Source of the DNA: a virus
Taxonomy: Duplodnaviria; Caudoviricetes
Strand: one strand, 5' to 3'
Virus record (IMG/VR): IMGVR_UViG_3300032001_000009
Span: 1 to 50,376 of that record
DNA: 50,376 bases
How positions within the stretch are numbered: position 1 is the first letter of the stretch; each line of letters begins with the position of its first letter. Below, piece by piece: positions 21,501-28,414 of the stretch. Below the pieces are notes generated by a model, which was not told where the DNA came from, ran no database searches, and saw only the letters and a list, made by a program, of their open reading frames with translations. The translations under genes and the position numbers were made by a program.

Positions 21501-21813
21501 CGTGACGCGCGGCCGCCGCCGCGATGCTCGACTCCCCCGCCGTCAACGCGTACTGCAGCCCCGTCGGGAACAAACTCTGCAACGTCTGCAGGAACCCGCC
21601 GTGCCACGCCTGCGCATGACGCGTACCCGCAGCCGCCGACGCCGACGTCGAAGCCGCCAACGCCCGGTCGAACGTCGCCGCCATCCGCGCCGTCAAATCC
21701 GGGGTGAACGTCTCCCCGAACCCCTGCGCCGCCTGCTGACCGAGCCGACGCATCTGCTCGAGGATGCCCGCCGCGCTCGCGGCGACGTCAACCCACGAAA
21801 CCGGCTCGGACAT
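12544..21813 (-). CDS. Tape measure protein (3089 aa) with cell-wall hydrolase-like modules
   Basis: Longest ORF, directly after the frameshifted chaperones. Ala-rich helical N-terminal half, two ES...GLxQ transglycosylase-like motifs, STYPGH/HxxHVH peptidase-like motifs and a Pro-rich C-terminus. Confidence 0.95.
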   Translation of the reverse strand: MSEPVSWVDVAASAAGILEQMRRLGQQAAQGFGETFTPDLTARMAATFDRALAASTSASAAAGTRHAQAWHGGFLQTLQSLFPTGLQYALTAGESSIAAAAARHGATYSTRFAQEMQNLDAPAGALIRAEPAVEAAGVRHAQAFGRGFNPGLASLGPSLAAGLAKGEPYAAAAGRQHGQAFSGGWLETVAAAGLVPRLALTQTAETAAAGAAHGQAYKGGFAQAVAALQAVPGQILISGEPVAAAAGERTGRSWQSGFAQAMAALQPVQHLFVGGEPEAAAAGQRTGHAFSGGILQTMQNLSASPLWAHILDIEQQVGAKERGTAIGQALVGGITQTVSTLGSGRLSIFVENEFNRILPGVQAGVNRMVQEVERVNFESILAGKVGRWGTTLTPAFAQAGAQGAQGMSSGFSSTISSLVSRFLPAGLRPMVRQFFGDTGQEAGDVFRTNIEKGSTEAWKEHIEATKAMGGQMVSGVKNFSEEAAQAMEQSAKKMSGFAKLAVGTAIVEAARNAVENIKNVVALVENEVGAFAKVGKEAADTLMDTFAAVVAGKMPDVGRVFSLFEDVAKTSIQLPLNIINTEIDNTVGRIPIIGEAFKGLIAPVEQAFGAIFALIDEYKSLAGTFADTLMDIGNKWQDAARTIAGQTLGTEKLGEYLDMVRNIAASGDLVHFKDVADIVGELGTRLSGLGNGAGLTNQQIEQLATTLAEGNELLGDTKINVDNLTAAFNAFNVQPEKTNEELTILINLVRESGAAVNDLLRDLDATSPAWQALGFSMDGAALVMTQFNELLGRPSMERLPFAIAKLPETLDKAGISQEQMNAVLMDFIHRIDEAGGTSTEAGRKIMGEAERWGMFFLGSAKNTEVYMDGLRLGIPLAADAAGRAVDAQRVKLTQPFDEALQATKNLEQELEVLSQQVGAALAPLGTGLVTALTGVGDKISTWLQTHQVEFIGFVGAIGEKLLDWGSRISHFLAGIMRGMSGTVEFFKNAAVIALMAVDGVINMMTAKFALIPSWLDPTGFVKAMQGIHDATGKAMEPLRGLLNLDVGAWMRTGAAGLDALGNSLEGLEGPLADLVSHSQNAAAMWEASRATFAKPLIDPTTHQQVGMEAAKLQDAFGGSLQTGMTIDPAAWDEVVGNFAQRGIDIIGDKTTGKITQIKAHTQEELNDLEQFLNTKYGAQFADITRNIEFKVEVPPGKTVEQYLHDDIGVPSELAKPDGIHADVFLDFKGLPPDQAKALRDLLGLGGGTPGVATETKPGEPQQGPSTTPAAPEHKNWFQQHWQDIIGLFLASGGTVTGGSGGVDDVPAMLTAGEKVMNLAASEKWGPLLDAMNAGGPIQSFATGGTVLDAAAIPENMRTGTSLSEAITLPASIALTTPQPMDEADTMTRVGIPDKYQGTVQSEGVSMPGVSVPTSLDTKNAESKSTEDVMTAIGIPSKNQTSDGVSIDVKLKLAAGATLPDGGDSLSSPSAADGVSPGPGPGGPMQDQVVAALFRGGFAGFAEGDIVQPFDPMEKWGTYGPKGHQNWEDLKAGAFIAMNPGLFPGLQHGGHARASLSYHEPTHLAPHVGLPGTSAKFWSHMAQGGFPASDAQYINNIIPGESSWDPKNVNWVDSNAIKGDNTVGLGQLTLSNYRTFGPFPQVTSVAAAQALTPYQQLVAMVNYIKSRYHTPAAAWAHWQIGRNYADGGFATGAVPFTPDPGKQRKVLGPGGRGMFPEQPHGRIPWFPLWPNYPDPTQPPFPQDPKAWDDWPPHIGFPDPGPAVIPNDPAFPWRGFDDGGNAGYDPSKIVPSEWAPHDVGDITTGVIPVNAWRAASTALKRLFVMKWTLAALRAEGLDPHADGGGGIPWLDGMQRVISLESGAGTPGDPNSINMYDENWPRHPSIGLAQVIGPTAAAVGIPADQLIDPVQNIRASIRTIRRHPAGLADIGEASGVQVGYSALGGRIGLQLGGDGGGKSLLAGFLQGMLGELGFTMPQGGGGADHKSFWDQILGSDSEGFAGGGHIKGYHLPGRDTVPMNVPSGTFIMNRHRSMQYRDILDQMLGMAAGGMIPIITEPGERVIPPGTAPAGLLHAMNQGQLLRRAYGGGTGVLQVIYNPPGTQEYFGEAAPYGKVGPGTSQPGYYNEDWSGHHGHVHTSFETGPNGEPYGMPIGTNLPGGGHEHPEFASAGFPWIAQLGRRYGLYASTYPGHQEHGGKNHGLDWWPVGKADMSGLSYTPEETARLKSFASAMVSTGAGAQASWASGLSGSTYAATSGRGGTHRIGSAQARAALKAILPPWLSRALGLQLGGAAIGANGPIVPSPSGMLGGDGPDDTIDQPSDTDPTTGTTKIILVTGRGRHGDPNVPTVPAPVGPGQPLLEPPPSWAQPIAPAGAPRPSATAIETPYGWFEQPWHMPGVPAGAGPEQISQITGQTIPELKKLSDWLEKAKRAQERLATSTTDLATAQQNDQGATIRVSNARTELQAAIDEGTKITHAQVGSAEYEAWAARERADTNSRLSKAEKELREALANQVQTSKALSHAQTSLSDTTDAEEQEMFNAPPWEGKAAEAATSPDSNAAAMGAGLIKGMAQELGFGDVFGKPPWQWGIWKLFAGGASYALNIANAIGEGLPAAQGIPAVGGLPVPQGTGPLPGPADQGQFPAAPTQPGQPGATETPDAQGVYTLPDGTKDIPDPEDGGYLKAHGTVEQGWSYSSETKRYYPPGKGPKPVPPTQGTGQPAQAPTVNKLPPHGPDEWWKPMGGGNQQLMKGKGKDAKEVPGEIYNQDSGAKIVVPAPPPPPPPPPPPGGQPVGGGPGQGFFPPPGAAPQPPWNPQQPPGPPAPPRPPPHWDTATNNWLDENNQPVQGPNLNPTNPLAPLQGGGQAAPFGGNIVSPATFGYGDGGTPAGGGGGGGGLNLSNMGDWLMHPARSAMMQAWARGELNLPGVKPPTPQQMAAARATTPGAPTPAAPSAPAPAAPLPDHVAKAIGLPTADGYTGGQGAPFARNIVSPATFGYGGPSYTYGRDSAHAPPSAASVTPAMVRSEGPAGAPQLATAAVRRTDVGGNIGTQVNINNNGVTPGHVFNAQAQQAVNAGTRAPAMSGGSVGGMTLGG
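20800..21640 (-). repeat. About 8 copies of a ~36-40-aa repeat at the tape measure N-terminus
   Basis: AAAAGTRHAQAWHGGFLQ, AAAAGRQHGQAFSGGWLE, AAAGAAHGQAYKGGFAQ, AAAAGERTGRSWQSGFAQ, AAAAGQRTGHAFSGGILQ and others. Bounds are approximate. Confidence 0.85.
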
Positions 21814-22208
21814 CAGTACGTCCTCATCCGGCCGCGCCTACCCGTCTTACCAGCGGCGGCGGCCGCGTACCGGGCCTTGTCGCGGCGCTCGGCCTCGTCC
21901 CACGTCATCGCGTCGGCGGGGAAGAATTTGGCCTCGGTCATCGGATCGTCGCGGCGCGCCTCCATGCCTGGCCGTTGATACGCGTCGGGCAGGCGCGCCA
22001 CGCCGGCCGCCTGCTCCTGCATGTTCGCCAGCAGATGCGCCTCACGCGACCAGCCCTGATCGAGGTAGTAGCGCACGCTCGAGGACGGCGGCGCCGCCGT
22101 CACGATCGACACCATCTCCGCGAGACTCAGATCATGCACGTCACGCCCCAGCGCCATCACGTCCCGATGAAAGGCGTGCCAGCACTCGCCGATGACGTGC
22201 GCCAGCAT
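21813..22208 (-). CDS. Tail assembly chaperone, -1 frameshift extension (G-T-like product)
   Basis: Lies in the -1 frame of 22208-22744. W.....LLAN..E motif. TGATG coupling to the tape measure gene. Confidence 0.85.
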   Translation of the reverse strand: MLAHVIGECWHAFHRDVMALGRDVHDLSLAEMVSIVTAAPPSSSVRYYLDQGWSREAHLLANMQEQAAGVARLPDAYQRPGMEARRDDPMTEAKFFPADAMTWDEAERRDKARYAAAAAGKTGRRGRMRTY

Positions 22209-22744
22209 TAGGATTCCCCCGGCGGCCCCACCTGCGTCTGCGGCGCAACGGCCGGCGTGAACCAGCCCATGAAGAACGCGGCCTGCTCATCGTCGGGCAG
22301 CAGCGTCACCCGCTCCTGAATCGGGTCGGGCACCTTCGCCATGTCCATCCACTCGAAGGACTGCTGGATCTGATCCAGCTTGCGCAGACGCCACATGAAG
22401 TGATAAGTCGGCCTGACCGTCGTGATGTGCGGAAACACGATCGGCGCGTCCCCGGCCCGCGACCCCGGCTTCGGGGTGAACACATACACCTTCGTGTCCG
22501 CCCCATACGGATGATCCGGCGTCCCAGGCGGATTCACCGACACCGGCTCCGGGCGCGTCGTCGGAACGAACTCCTCCGGGTCCGGCACCGCCGCCGTGAA
22601 CGGATTCTGCGTACCCGGCGCCGACGCATCCGGCGGCGCGATCGATACCGGCACCGAACCGTTCGGTGAACCATTGCTCGCCGCTACCCGCTTGGCCGCC
22701 TTACGAGGAGCCGTCCCCTTCGGCTTCTTGGCAGCAGTCGTCAT
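22208..22744 (-). CDS. Tail assembly chaperone
   Basis: Between the major tail and tape measure genes. Ends FFMGWF...PPGES* at the slippery site. Confidence 0.85.
   Translation of the reverse strand: MTTAAKKPKGTAPRKAAKRVAASNGSPNGSVPVSIAPPDASAPGTQNPFTAAVPDPEEFVPTTRPEPVSVNPPGTPDHPYGADTKVYVFTPKPGSRAGDAPIVFPHITTVRPTYHFMWRLRKLDQIQQSFEWMDMAKVPDPIQERVTLLPDDEQAAFFMGWFTPAVAPQTQVGPPGES
22214..22220 (-). other. Programmed -1 ribosomal frameshift slippery site GGGGGAA
   Basis: CCG GGG GAA TCC TAA. A -1 slip gives GGG GGA ATC CTA ATG CTG, in frame with 21813-22208. Confidence 0.85.
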
Positions 22745-22795
22745 AGATACTCCCAGAAGTTTGCTAGGTGATCTATAATGCCTGATCAGATGGCA

Positions 22796-23389
22796 TTACA
22801 GCGTTTGCCCATCGTCCCAGTACTCATAAGCGTGGTTGTTATTTGCGTCTGGGAACGGACGAAGCGTCAAGTCGAACATCGCCAATTCCTTATGGACCCA
22901 CTTCAGCGGACCCACCAGCGTGATACGCCCCGTCGGGATCACCAGCCGCATCGTCATCGACAAGTAGTACGCGTCGATGCACCACGACTGATACGGCAAC
23001 AGCTCACGGTTCAGCTTCGCGGCGATCAACGTGCCGGTCGTCGCGGTCGGCGGGGTCACGGTCACGTTCTGCGCACCGTGCGCCGCGCGCTGCACGTCGG
23101 CGTTCATCATCTGCATAAGCTTAAATTTTATGGTCAGACCATACTTATCTTGAAGAATCGCGACCAGGTCACCACCCCAGTCGTTGACCTCGGTGTTCGG
23201 CCGCTCTTCAGTTCGGTCGACACCATCGACACTGACCCGGCCCAGCGTGATGAACGCCGCGTTCAGGGCGCTGGTCGAATCCGTGGGCAAAGGCGTGCCC
23301 AGAGGGGCCGTCAGAACACCGCCGGTCACCTTTGGATAAGGGGCAGCGACCTCCTGAACCTCGGCCTCGAGGAGTGGGGGTGAAGTCAT
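22796..23389 (-). CDS. Major tail (tube) protein
   Basis: APLGTPLPTD...LG.VS.DGV...WGGD.V motifs of actinophage major tail proteins. GGAGG RBS. Confidence 0.92.
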   Translation of the reverse strand: MTSPPLLEAEVQEVAAPYPKVTGGVLTAPLGTPLPTDSTSALNAAFITLGRVSVDGVDRTEERPNTEVNDWGGDLVAILQDKYGLTIKFKLMQMMNADVQRAAHGAQNVTVTPPTATTGTLIAAKLNRELLPYQSWCIDAYYLSMTMRLVIPTGRITLVGPLKWVHKELAMFDLTLRPFPDANNNHAYEYWDDGQTL

Positions 23390-23453
23390 AGCATTCCTCC
23401 TGCTAGTGGGGATTCACGAGCGCAGGATCACATCAGGTTTGCCGTGGACGGAC

Positions 23454-23468
23454 GCGACACGCCGCGAA
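23454..23468 (+). promoter_or_regulatory. 15-bp motif GCGACACGCCGCGAA (copy 1)
   Basis: Intergenic, upstream of the major tail gene. Identical copy on the minus strand at 37660-37674. Confidence 0.45.
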
Positions 23469-23508
23469 AATCCCGCAGCGGATCGGCAAACGGGACTTAC
23501 GTATCACT

Positions 23509-23874
23509 GTGCAGATCACGGGCCCGGCCTGCAGGGTGGCGCGCTGCCCACAACCCGCGGCGCGGCGCGGCATGTGCTGGATGCACTACAAACGCTGGCT
23601 AAAATACGGCGGCACGGGACCGGCCGGCCCGATCGGCCGGAAAGCCTCCCTCGAGGACCGCTTCACCAACCACGTCCAGCTCGGCGCCTGCTACATCTGG
23701 ACCGGCTACGTCCACGCCAGCGGCTACGGCGCGATCCGCACCGGACACCGACTGATCTACGTTCACCGCTATGCGTGGGAACACGAATACGGCCCGATTC
23801 CGCCCGGCGCCAAGGTGATCCAGACTTGCCGCAACAAACTGTGCGTGCGACCCGATCACCTCGAGCTGGGTTAG
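23509..23874 (+). CDS. Degenerate HNH endonuclease-like protein (opposite strand)
   Basis: C..C...GMC..HY.RW and C.IWTG...GYG...HR.AWE...GPIP motifs. Has VIQTCRN where DHxCRN is expected, and stops right after PDHLELG. Confidence 0.7.
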   Translation: MQITGPACRVARCPQPAARRGMCWMHYKRWLKYGGTGPAGPIGRKASLEDRFTNHVQLGACYIWTGYVHASGYGAIRTGHRLIYVHRYAWEHEYGPIPPGAKVIQTCRNKLCVRPDHLELG

Positions 23875-24428
23875 CGTTTCCGGCCGGGCCGCGGTGCTTG
23901 GGCGATCTGGTTCTGGGCCACGATCTGCTCCGGTGTGACTCTGCGGGTGATCCGCTGCCCGGGGATGATCGGCAGACCGGGGACGCGCCAGGTGACCATC
24001 GCGCGATATCTCGTCATCGCCACCATCGGATCAGCCTTGCGCAGCGCGTTCGCGGTGCATCTCGAGTACGTGCAGTACCACTTGTCACCGTTCGGCATGA
24101 CGGTCACGGTGCCTTGCGCGTTGGCGCCCCACGCGACCGCCTCCCCGATCAGTTCCTCGGCCATCGCCTCATCGGTGTTGTTGGCGTAGGCGTGCAAAAT
24201 GATCGCAACGTCCCACAAGATGCCGTCGGGGCGTAGCACACCGCCGCCGGCCTCCAGGCGCAAGAACCCGTTGATGGTGTCCTCGGTGAGGCTGGGTTTC
24301 GGGACGCGGGTGCCGCACGGGGTCGGCGCGACGAGCGCCGGGAAATACTGCAACCCGAGCAGCTCGGTGGGCGGCGGGCGGGTCGTCTGCCACGGCCGCA
24401 CTGTGCTGGGGTTGACGGGGGCGCTCAT
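23871..24428 (-). CDS. Tail terminator
   Basis: 185 aa, upstream of the major tail gene. GTRVP...FLRLEAGGG...RY pattern. Confidence 0.75.
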   Translation of the reverse strand: MSAPVNPSTVRPWQTTRPPPTELLGLQYFPALVAPTPCGTRVPKPSLTEDTINGFLRLEAGGGVLRPDGILWDVAIILHAYANNTDEAMAEELIGEAVAWGANAQGTVTVMPNGDKWYCTYSRCTANALRKADPMVAMTRYRAMVTWRVPGLPIIPGQRITRRVTPEQIVAQNQIAQAPRPGRKR

Positions 24429-25015
24429 ATTCCGAATCCCGGTCCGAATTCTTCGTCGCCCTTGAAGTAGCCGCGACCCTCTGGGCCCTCCTGGTGGGGT
24501 TGATGCGCGGGGTGGGCGGGTTCGCTTTCCACGTCGGCGTGACCCTCATCGAAGCCGGTGTACTGCCATGCGCCTTCTTCGCTGACACCCCACGGGTAGG
24601 GGTCCGACCCGACGGTGGCCAGCGCCTTGAGCAGGGTGGAGTTGTGCAGGTCGTCTTCGTAGGCTTTGGCGTTGGCGGGTCGCACGCGGGCGCGGGCGCG
24701 GATGTTCTCGGGCCGGTTGGACACCACGTATTCGTATTCGGCGCCTTCGATGACGGCCAGGTCGTTGGCGGTGTCGGCGATGTCCGCGGCGCGTTGCGCG
24801 ACACGAGCGACGATCTCGGGGTCGTGCATCATGTCGCGGAATGCCCGCGGGTTGATAACCAACCGCATCCCGGGGGCGATCTCGATGCTGGTGGGAAACG
24901 ACGAGGGTTCACCGGGCGCGGCGCCCATGCCTTCGTCGGCGGCGGATTCGGCGAACGCGTCGTAGCTAGTGAGCTCGCCCCACGCCTCACCTTCCTCGCC
25001 GAACATCTCCGTCAT
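24425..25015 (-). CDS. Neck / tail-completion protein (HK97 gp10-like position)
   Basis: Start moved to ATG 25015 (TGATG). FRDMMHDPEI...RARARV...A..DD.HNSTLLKAL motif. Confidence 0.7.
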   Translation of the reverse strand: MTEMFGEEGEAWGELTSYDAFAESAADEGMGAAPGEPSSFPTSIEIAPGMRLVINPRAFRDMMHDPEIVARVAQRAADIADTANDLAVIEGAEYEYVVSNRPENIRARARVRPANAKAYEDDLHNSTLLKALATVGSDPYPWGVSEEGAWQYTGFDEGHADVESEPAHPAHQPHQEGPEGRGYFKGDEEFGPGFGI

Positions 25016-25476
25016 CAGGTGGTTCTCCGAATTTTTACAACGCCGCCGAATTGCATCGTCAACCGCGGCCACGGCGACATGCGGTCCTCGGCCGGGTCAC
25101 CGTCCACCCAGTAGGCGACACCGTTGGGTTCCCCGTCGGGGGTGGTCGGCGAATACGTGTAGTTACCGTCCACATCCTGATCCAGGGTGGCGTAGAGGAT
25201 GATCTGGTCCCCCGCCGAATAGCTGGTGGGGTCGGGGACGCTCATATGCAGGATCGTTTCGGTGCGTTCCTGAAACTCCGGTCCCATCACCTGGTGGCTC
25301 GAGCCGCGCCGCCCGAACTGCGACACGTCGTAATAGTTACGGACCACCGGCGGGTCGTCGACGACCACCCAGTTGTCGTGGTCATCCTTGCGGGTGGTGT
25401 CCTCCCAGCGGGCGATGTGCACACACTGCCACGGGGTGGTGGTGAACGGTCTGGTCGGCCACGGCTTGGTCGGCAT
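25015..25476 (-). CDS. Head-to-tail stopper
   Basis: 153 aa with D.I...YWVDGDP...PW...GGVVKIRR, typical of actinophage stoppers. Synteny fits. Confidence 0.8.
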   Translation of the reverse strand: MPTKPWPTRPFTTTPWQCVHIARWEDTTRKDDHDNWVVVDDPPVVRNYYDVSQFGRRGSSHQVMGPEFQERTETILHMSVPDPTSYSAGDQIILYATLDQDVDGNYTYSPTTPDGEPNGVAYWVDGDPAEDRMSPWPRLTMQFGGVVKIRRTT

Positions 25477-25479
25477 CGT

Positions 25480-25638
25480 TCACCACCGGTGCCCGCTCGT
25501 GCACAGGTGCCGCTTGTCGATGCGCCCACCACCCAACACGGTGGTGTGCCCCAGCACCGGGCCCAGCATCCGCGCCTGTATCCCCTGCAGGCAGGTCCGC
25601 CCGCAGTACGGGCACGGGGCGTGGCATCGCTGGCGCAT
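25480..25638 (-). CDS. 52-aa Cys/His-rich mini-protein
   Basis: Below the ORF-track cutoff. TGATG-coupled to the adaptor gene. MRQRCHAPCPYCGRTC...HLCTSGHRW. Confidence 0.6.
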   Translation of the reverse strand: MRQRCHAPCPYCGRTCLQGIQARMLGPVLGHTTVLGGGRIDKRHLCTSGHRW

Positions 25639-26294
25639 CACCGCACCATCGGCAGCCGGAACGGCGACAGCCGGTTCTTCTGATCACAGTTGAGCGTCAA
25701 ACCGTAGGCTTGCATCAGCTGCAGCCGAAACCCCGGCGTCTGAACCTCTTTCACATTGCCCGCGGACACCTCGGTGGACACCGTGGTCAGCTCGTAGGCG
25801 ATCTCCTTGATCACCGTCGGCACCTCCGCGTAACCACTGTTGAACGCCACCGTCACCAGCCCGAGCTGATAGATCGGCAGAAACGACCAGTTGTCGGGGC
25901 CGTAGTAGAAACCGCCGTACGCCGACCACCAGTGCCAGCCGATCGGCTCGATCACCCCGTAATCGAACCAGTTGTATTGGGTGGGGTCCAAGATCTGATC
26001 ATCCTGACCGCCCTGACTCTGGATGGTCACCGACTCCACCGCGGTCACCATCAGCGACGGCACCTGGATGAGACCCTTCGCCCCGATCCGCAGGTTCGTT
26101 TCGATCAACGCCAAATTCGGCCAGATGTGCCAACCGCAGTAGGTGCGGATCGCGTCGCCGGCCACCTCCAGAAACCAGTTCGGGTCCTGAGCCTGATACG
26201 CCGCCCAGTCCGGGTCGCCCGGATCGAGCAGCGGCGGCAGCCCCGTCTGCGCCGTAAGGGCACCACCGCTGGACAGCCCGGCCGCCACCGTCAT
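25638..26294 (-). CDS. Head-to-tail adaptor
   Basis: A..AIRTYCGWHIWP...PSL.VT.V.SV...V.F.SGY..VP...L.PFRL motifs. GGGAGG RBS. Confidence 0.85.
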   Translation of the reverse strand: MTVAAGLSSGGALTAQTGLPPLLDPGDPDWAAYQAQDPNWFLEVAGDAIRTYCGWHIWPNLALIETNLRIGAKGLIQVPSLMVTAVESVTIQSQGGQDDQILDPTQYNWFDYGVIEPIGWHWWSAYGGFYYGPDNWSFLPIYQLGLVTVAFNSGYAEVPTVIKEIAYELTTVSTEVSAGNVKEVQTPGFRLQLMQAYGLTLNCDQKNRLSPFRLPMVR

Positions 26295-26309
26295 GGTCTA
26301 CCTCCCGCG

Positions 26310-26696
26310 CTATTCGGCCAGGGCGTCGCGCAGCTTGGCCTGCAAATCCGGCTTACGGTCCTCGTGGGAATGCTCGACCCCCAGCGCGTCCAGCTCGGAA
26401 CGCAGCTCGGCCACCGTCAACGACTCCACATCCACCTCACGCTCGACCGGTTCGGGTCCCTCGAGCTCCTCGACGACCTCCTCCTCGATCGGGGCGTCCT
26501 CGTCCACGGTGGCGTCACCCTCAGCCAACAGCTCACCGGTCAACGCGTCAACCAGATCCACCACCTCATCCTCATCGGACACCGCGCACTCGGCCGCGAG
26601 CGCCGCAAGCTCCTCAGGGACCTCCAGCCCGGCCGCCTCAAGCGCTTCCACCCGCTCGGCCACCGCACGCGCCCGCGCCACCTGAACATCACGCAC
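26310..26696 (-). CDS. Acidic protein with C-terminal SAP/Rho-N/HeH-like motif
   Basis: C-terminal LTVAELRSELDALGV...KPDLQAKL. The start is uncertain; GTG 26696 was chosen. Confidence 0.65.
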   Translation of the reverse strand: MRDVQVARARAVAERVEALEAAGLEVPEELAALAAECAVSDEDEVVDLVDALTGELLAEGDATVDEDAPIEEEVVEELEGPEPVEREVDVESLTVAELRSELDALGVEHSHEDRKPDLQAKLRDALAE

Positions 26697-26892
26697 ATAC
26701 AGACCGCCCTGCGGCGGCGCCGACAACCGCCCAGCCTTACCAACAACGAGGCGCACTTCTCGGGGCGCGACCGACTCACGACCAATCGCCATACGCGCAG
26801 GATAAACGCGGCCCAGCCCCGCGGCGGCGCGGCGCGCCGACACCCCCGATGTTCACGTTCTATAGTCGCAGCGACGCTGTACAGTCATCTGG

Positions 26893-27321
26893 GTGACGTT
26901 GTGCAGCAGATGGCGGGCACGCCACAAACGCAGCCTCGTCACCATCCGATACGACAACTTCACCATCACAACCAAAGGAGAAGAAGTGGCTTACACACTG
27001 CCCGCGGACATGCAAGTCGAGGTCAAGGTCTCCTACGTCGACGCCAGCGGCAACCCCGCCGGCGTCGACGGCGCCGTGGTCTGGGACACCAGCGACGCCA
27101 CCATCGCCAAAGTCGTCGTCAACAGCGCCGACAGCACCCTATGCGAGGTCATCGCACCCGGCCCGGTCGGCAACGCCCAAGTCACCGCCACCGCCGACGC
27201 CGACCTCGGAGCCGGCACCACACCACTGATCACCACCCTCGACGTCACCGTCGTCGCCGGACAGGCCGTCGCCGGCACCATCAGCCCCGTCGGACCCGCC
27301 GAACCCATACCAGGGGTCTGA
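26893..27321 (+). CDS. Stand-alone Ig-like (Big_2-like) protein on the opposite strand
   Basis: VSYVDASGNPA.VDG...WDTSD.TIA.V...G.AQVTATAD...DVTV. Two possible starts: leaderless GTG 26893 (TACAGT 7 nt upstream) or GTG 26986 after AAAGGAG. Confidence 0.8.
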   Translation: MTLCSRWRARHKRSLVTIRYDNFTITTKGEEVAYTLPADMQVEVKVSYVDASGNPAGVDGAVVWDTSDATIAKVVVNSADSTLCEVIAPGPVGNAQVTATADADLGAGTTPLITTLDVTVVAGQAVAGTISPVGPAEPIPGV

Positions 27322-27537
27322 CTATCTGACTACTCGAAGCTTCGGCTCAGACGGACGCAGCGCGGGCGGCAACTCAGCATCCAACGACTCGCGCCACACG
27401 GTCACCGCATCAGCTAGCCGATGCGTTGCGTCCTGCAATTTGCGCGGTGTCATCACACCCTCGCAAAGAGCCTTCAAGTCATCAGCCGCCTCGATAACCT
27501 CCTCAAGCAGCGCCCATCCGTCATTACGATCGCTCAT
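27322..27537 (-). CDS. Hypothetical protein (71 aa)
   Basis: ATGA overlap with the HNH gene stop. MSDRNDGWALLEEVIE...PKLRVVR. Confidence 0.6.
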   Translation of the reverse strand: MSDRNDGWALLEEVIEAADDLKALCEGVMTPRKLQDATHRLADAVTVWRESLDAELPPALRPSEPKLRVVR

Positions 27538-28274
27538 GATCCGCGCACCGGAGTTGTGAGTGCCCGAGCGATGTCCCATCCTCGGCCGAGGCGATCGAAC
27601 AATCGGTTGTAAGGCATGTTGAACTCTGCCGCCCACTGCACCAGCGACTGAGTGCGGCCATCGAAAGTAGCAGAACGGCTATTGCTCCGATTGCGGATCT
27701 GCTCAGTAGCGGTAGCCCAACGGCAGTTCTCGGGTGAATACGGACCCTGGAAATCTATTCGATCTAAGGTTGTACCGGCTGGCCGTACGCCCATATCGGC
27801 TAGAAAGACAGTGAAATCATCCCAGCGCGGATCAACAGTGATGCGGTCGATATACCGGATGCTTTCGCGGCAGCGTTGGCGCATGGAGACCCAGCTTTGA
27901 TATGTAGGCGTGCCTGTCAGACCATGCGAAGTGCCGTATCCATTCCTAGTCACGGTTTCCAGATGAAGGCAGCCGCACGATTGAGTGTTGCCATTCCGAA
28001 GCGGGGCGGTGGGTACGTCTACTTCGTTACCGCACTCGCATAAGCATTTCCAATAGCGAATTTTGTCGCCATTTTTCTTCTGGCGGCTCCCGGCCAGGGC
28101 AATGACGGTCAGTCGCCCAAACGGCTGCCCTACTAAGTAGGGACGACCCCATAGAACTGTGGGATGCGTACCTAACGGCGTTGGTATCAACCATGAGCAC
28201 TCGCCCTCGCCAAATGTGTGGTCATCGGGGTCGAGATCATCGAATGACATCTGCGCAGGATTACGGTGGACCAT
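27534..28274 (-). CDS. Free-standing HNH homing endonuclease-like protein
   Basis: FGRLTV...WKCLCECG...SCGC...W..M.QRC...F..DMG.RP...TLDRID..G.YSPENCRWAT..EQ..N. Lower GC than its flanks. AGGAG RBS. Confidence 0.85.
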   Translation of the reverse strand: MVHRNPAQMSFDDLDPDDHTFGEGECSWLIPTPLGTHPTVLWGRPYLVGQPFGRLTVIALAGSRQKKNGDKIRYWKCLCECGNEVDVPTAPLRNGNTQSCGCLHLETVTRNGYGTSHGLTGTPTYQSWVSMRQRCRESIRYIDRITVDPRWDDFTVFLADMGVRPAGTTLDRIDFQGPYSPENCRWATATEQIRNRSNSRSATFDGRTQSLVQWAAEFNMPYNRLFDRLGRGWDIARALTTPVRGS

Positions 28275-28299
28275 GTCGGCTCCTAACTAGTCGGCCACG

Positions 28300-28342
28300 C
28301 CTCGGGGCCGTGCAAGCGGCCGCCGAGGTCTTTCCTACCATA
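28300..28342 (-). promoter_or_regulatory. Putative -10 (TATGGT) and leader hairpin for the HNH gene
   Basis: TATGGT at 28337-28342, followed by a stem at 28300-28328 (plus-strand CCTCGG-GGCCG / CGGCC-G-CCGAGG). Confidence 0.5.
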
Positions 28343-28363
28343 GGGGTCCGACAATAGGTACAG

Positions 28364-28402
28364 CAAACTCCCGCGCTGCCTATTGGCAAACGCGGGAGTT
28401 TG
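28364..28402 (-). terminator. Intrinsic terminator after the major capsid gene
   Basis: 12-bp inverted repeat CAAACTCCCGCG / CGCGGGAGTTTG with an inner TGCC/GGCA stem, 12 nt past the capsid stop. Confidence 0.75.
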
Positions 28403-28414
28403 TAGAACTGCAGG

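Noticed and set aside
25710-27329. 539-aa plus-strand ORF across the neck genes
   Set aside because: Shadow frame. Only the Ig-like ORF in another plus frame has protein-like sequence and expression signals.
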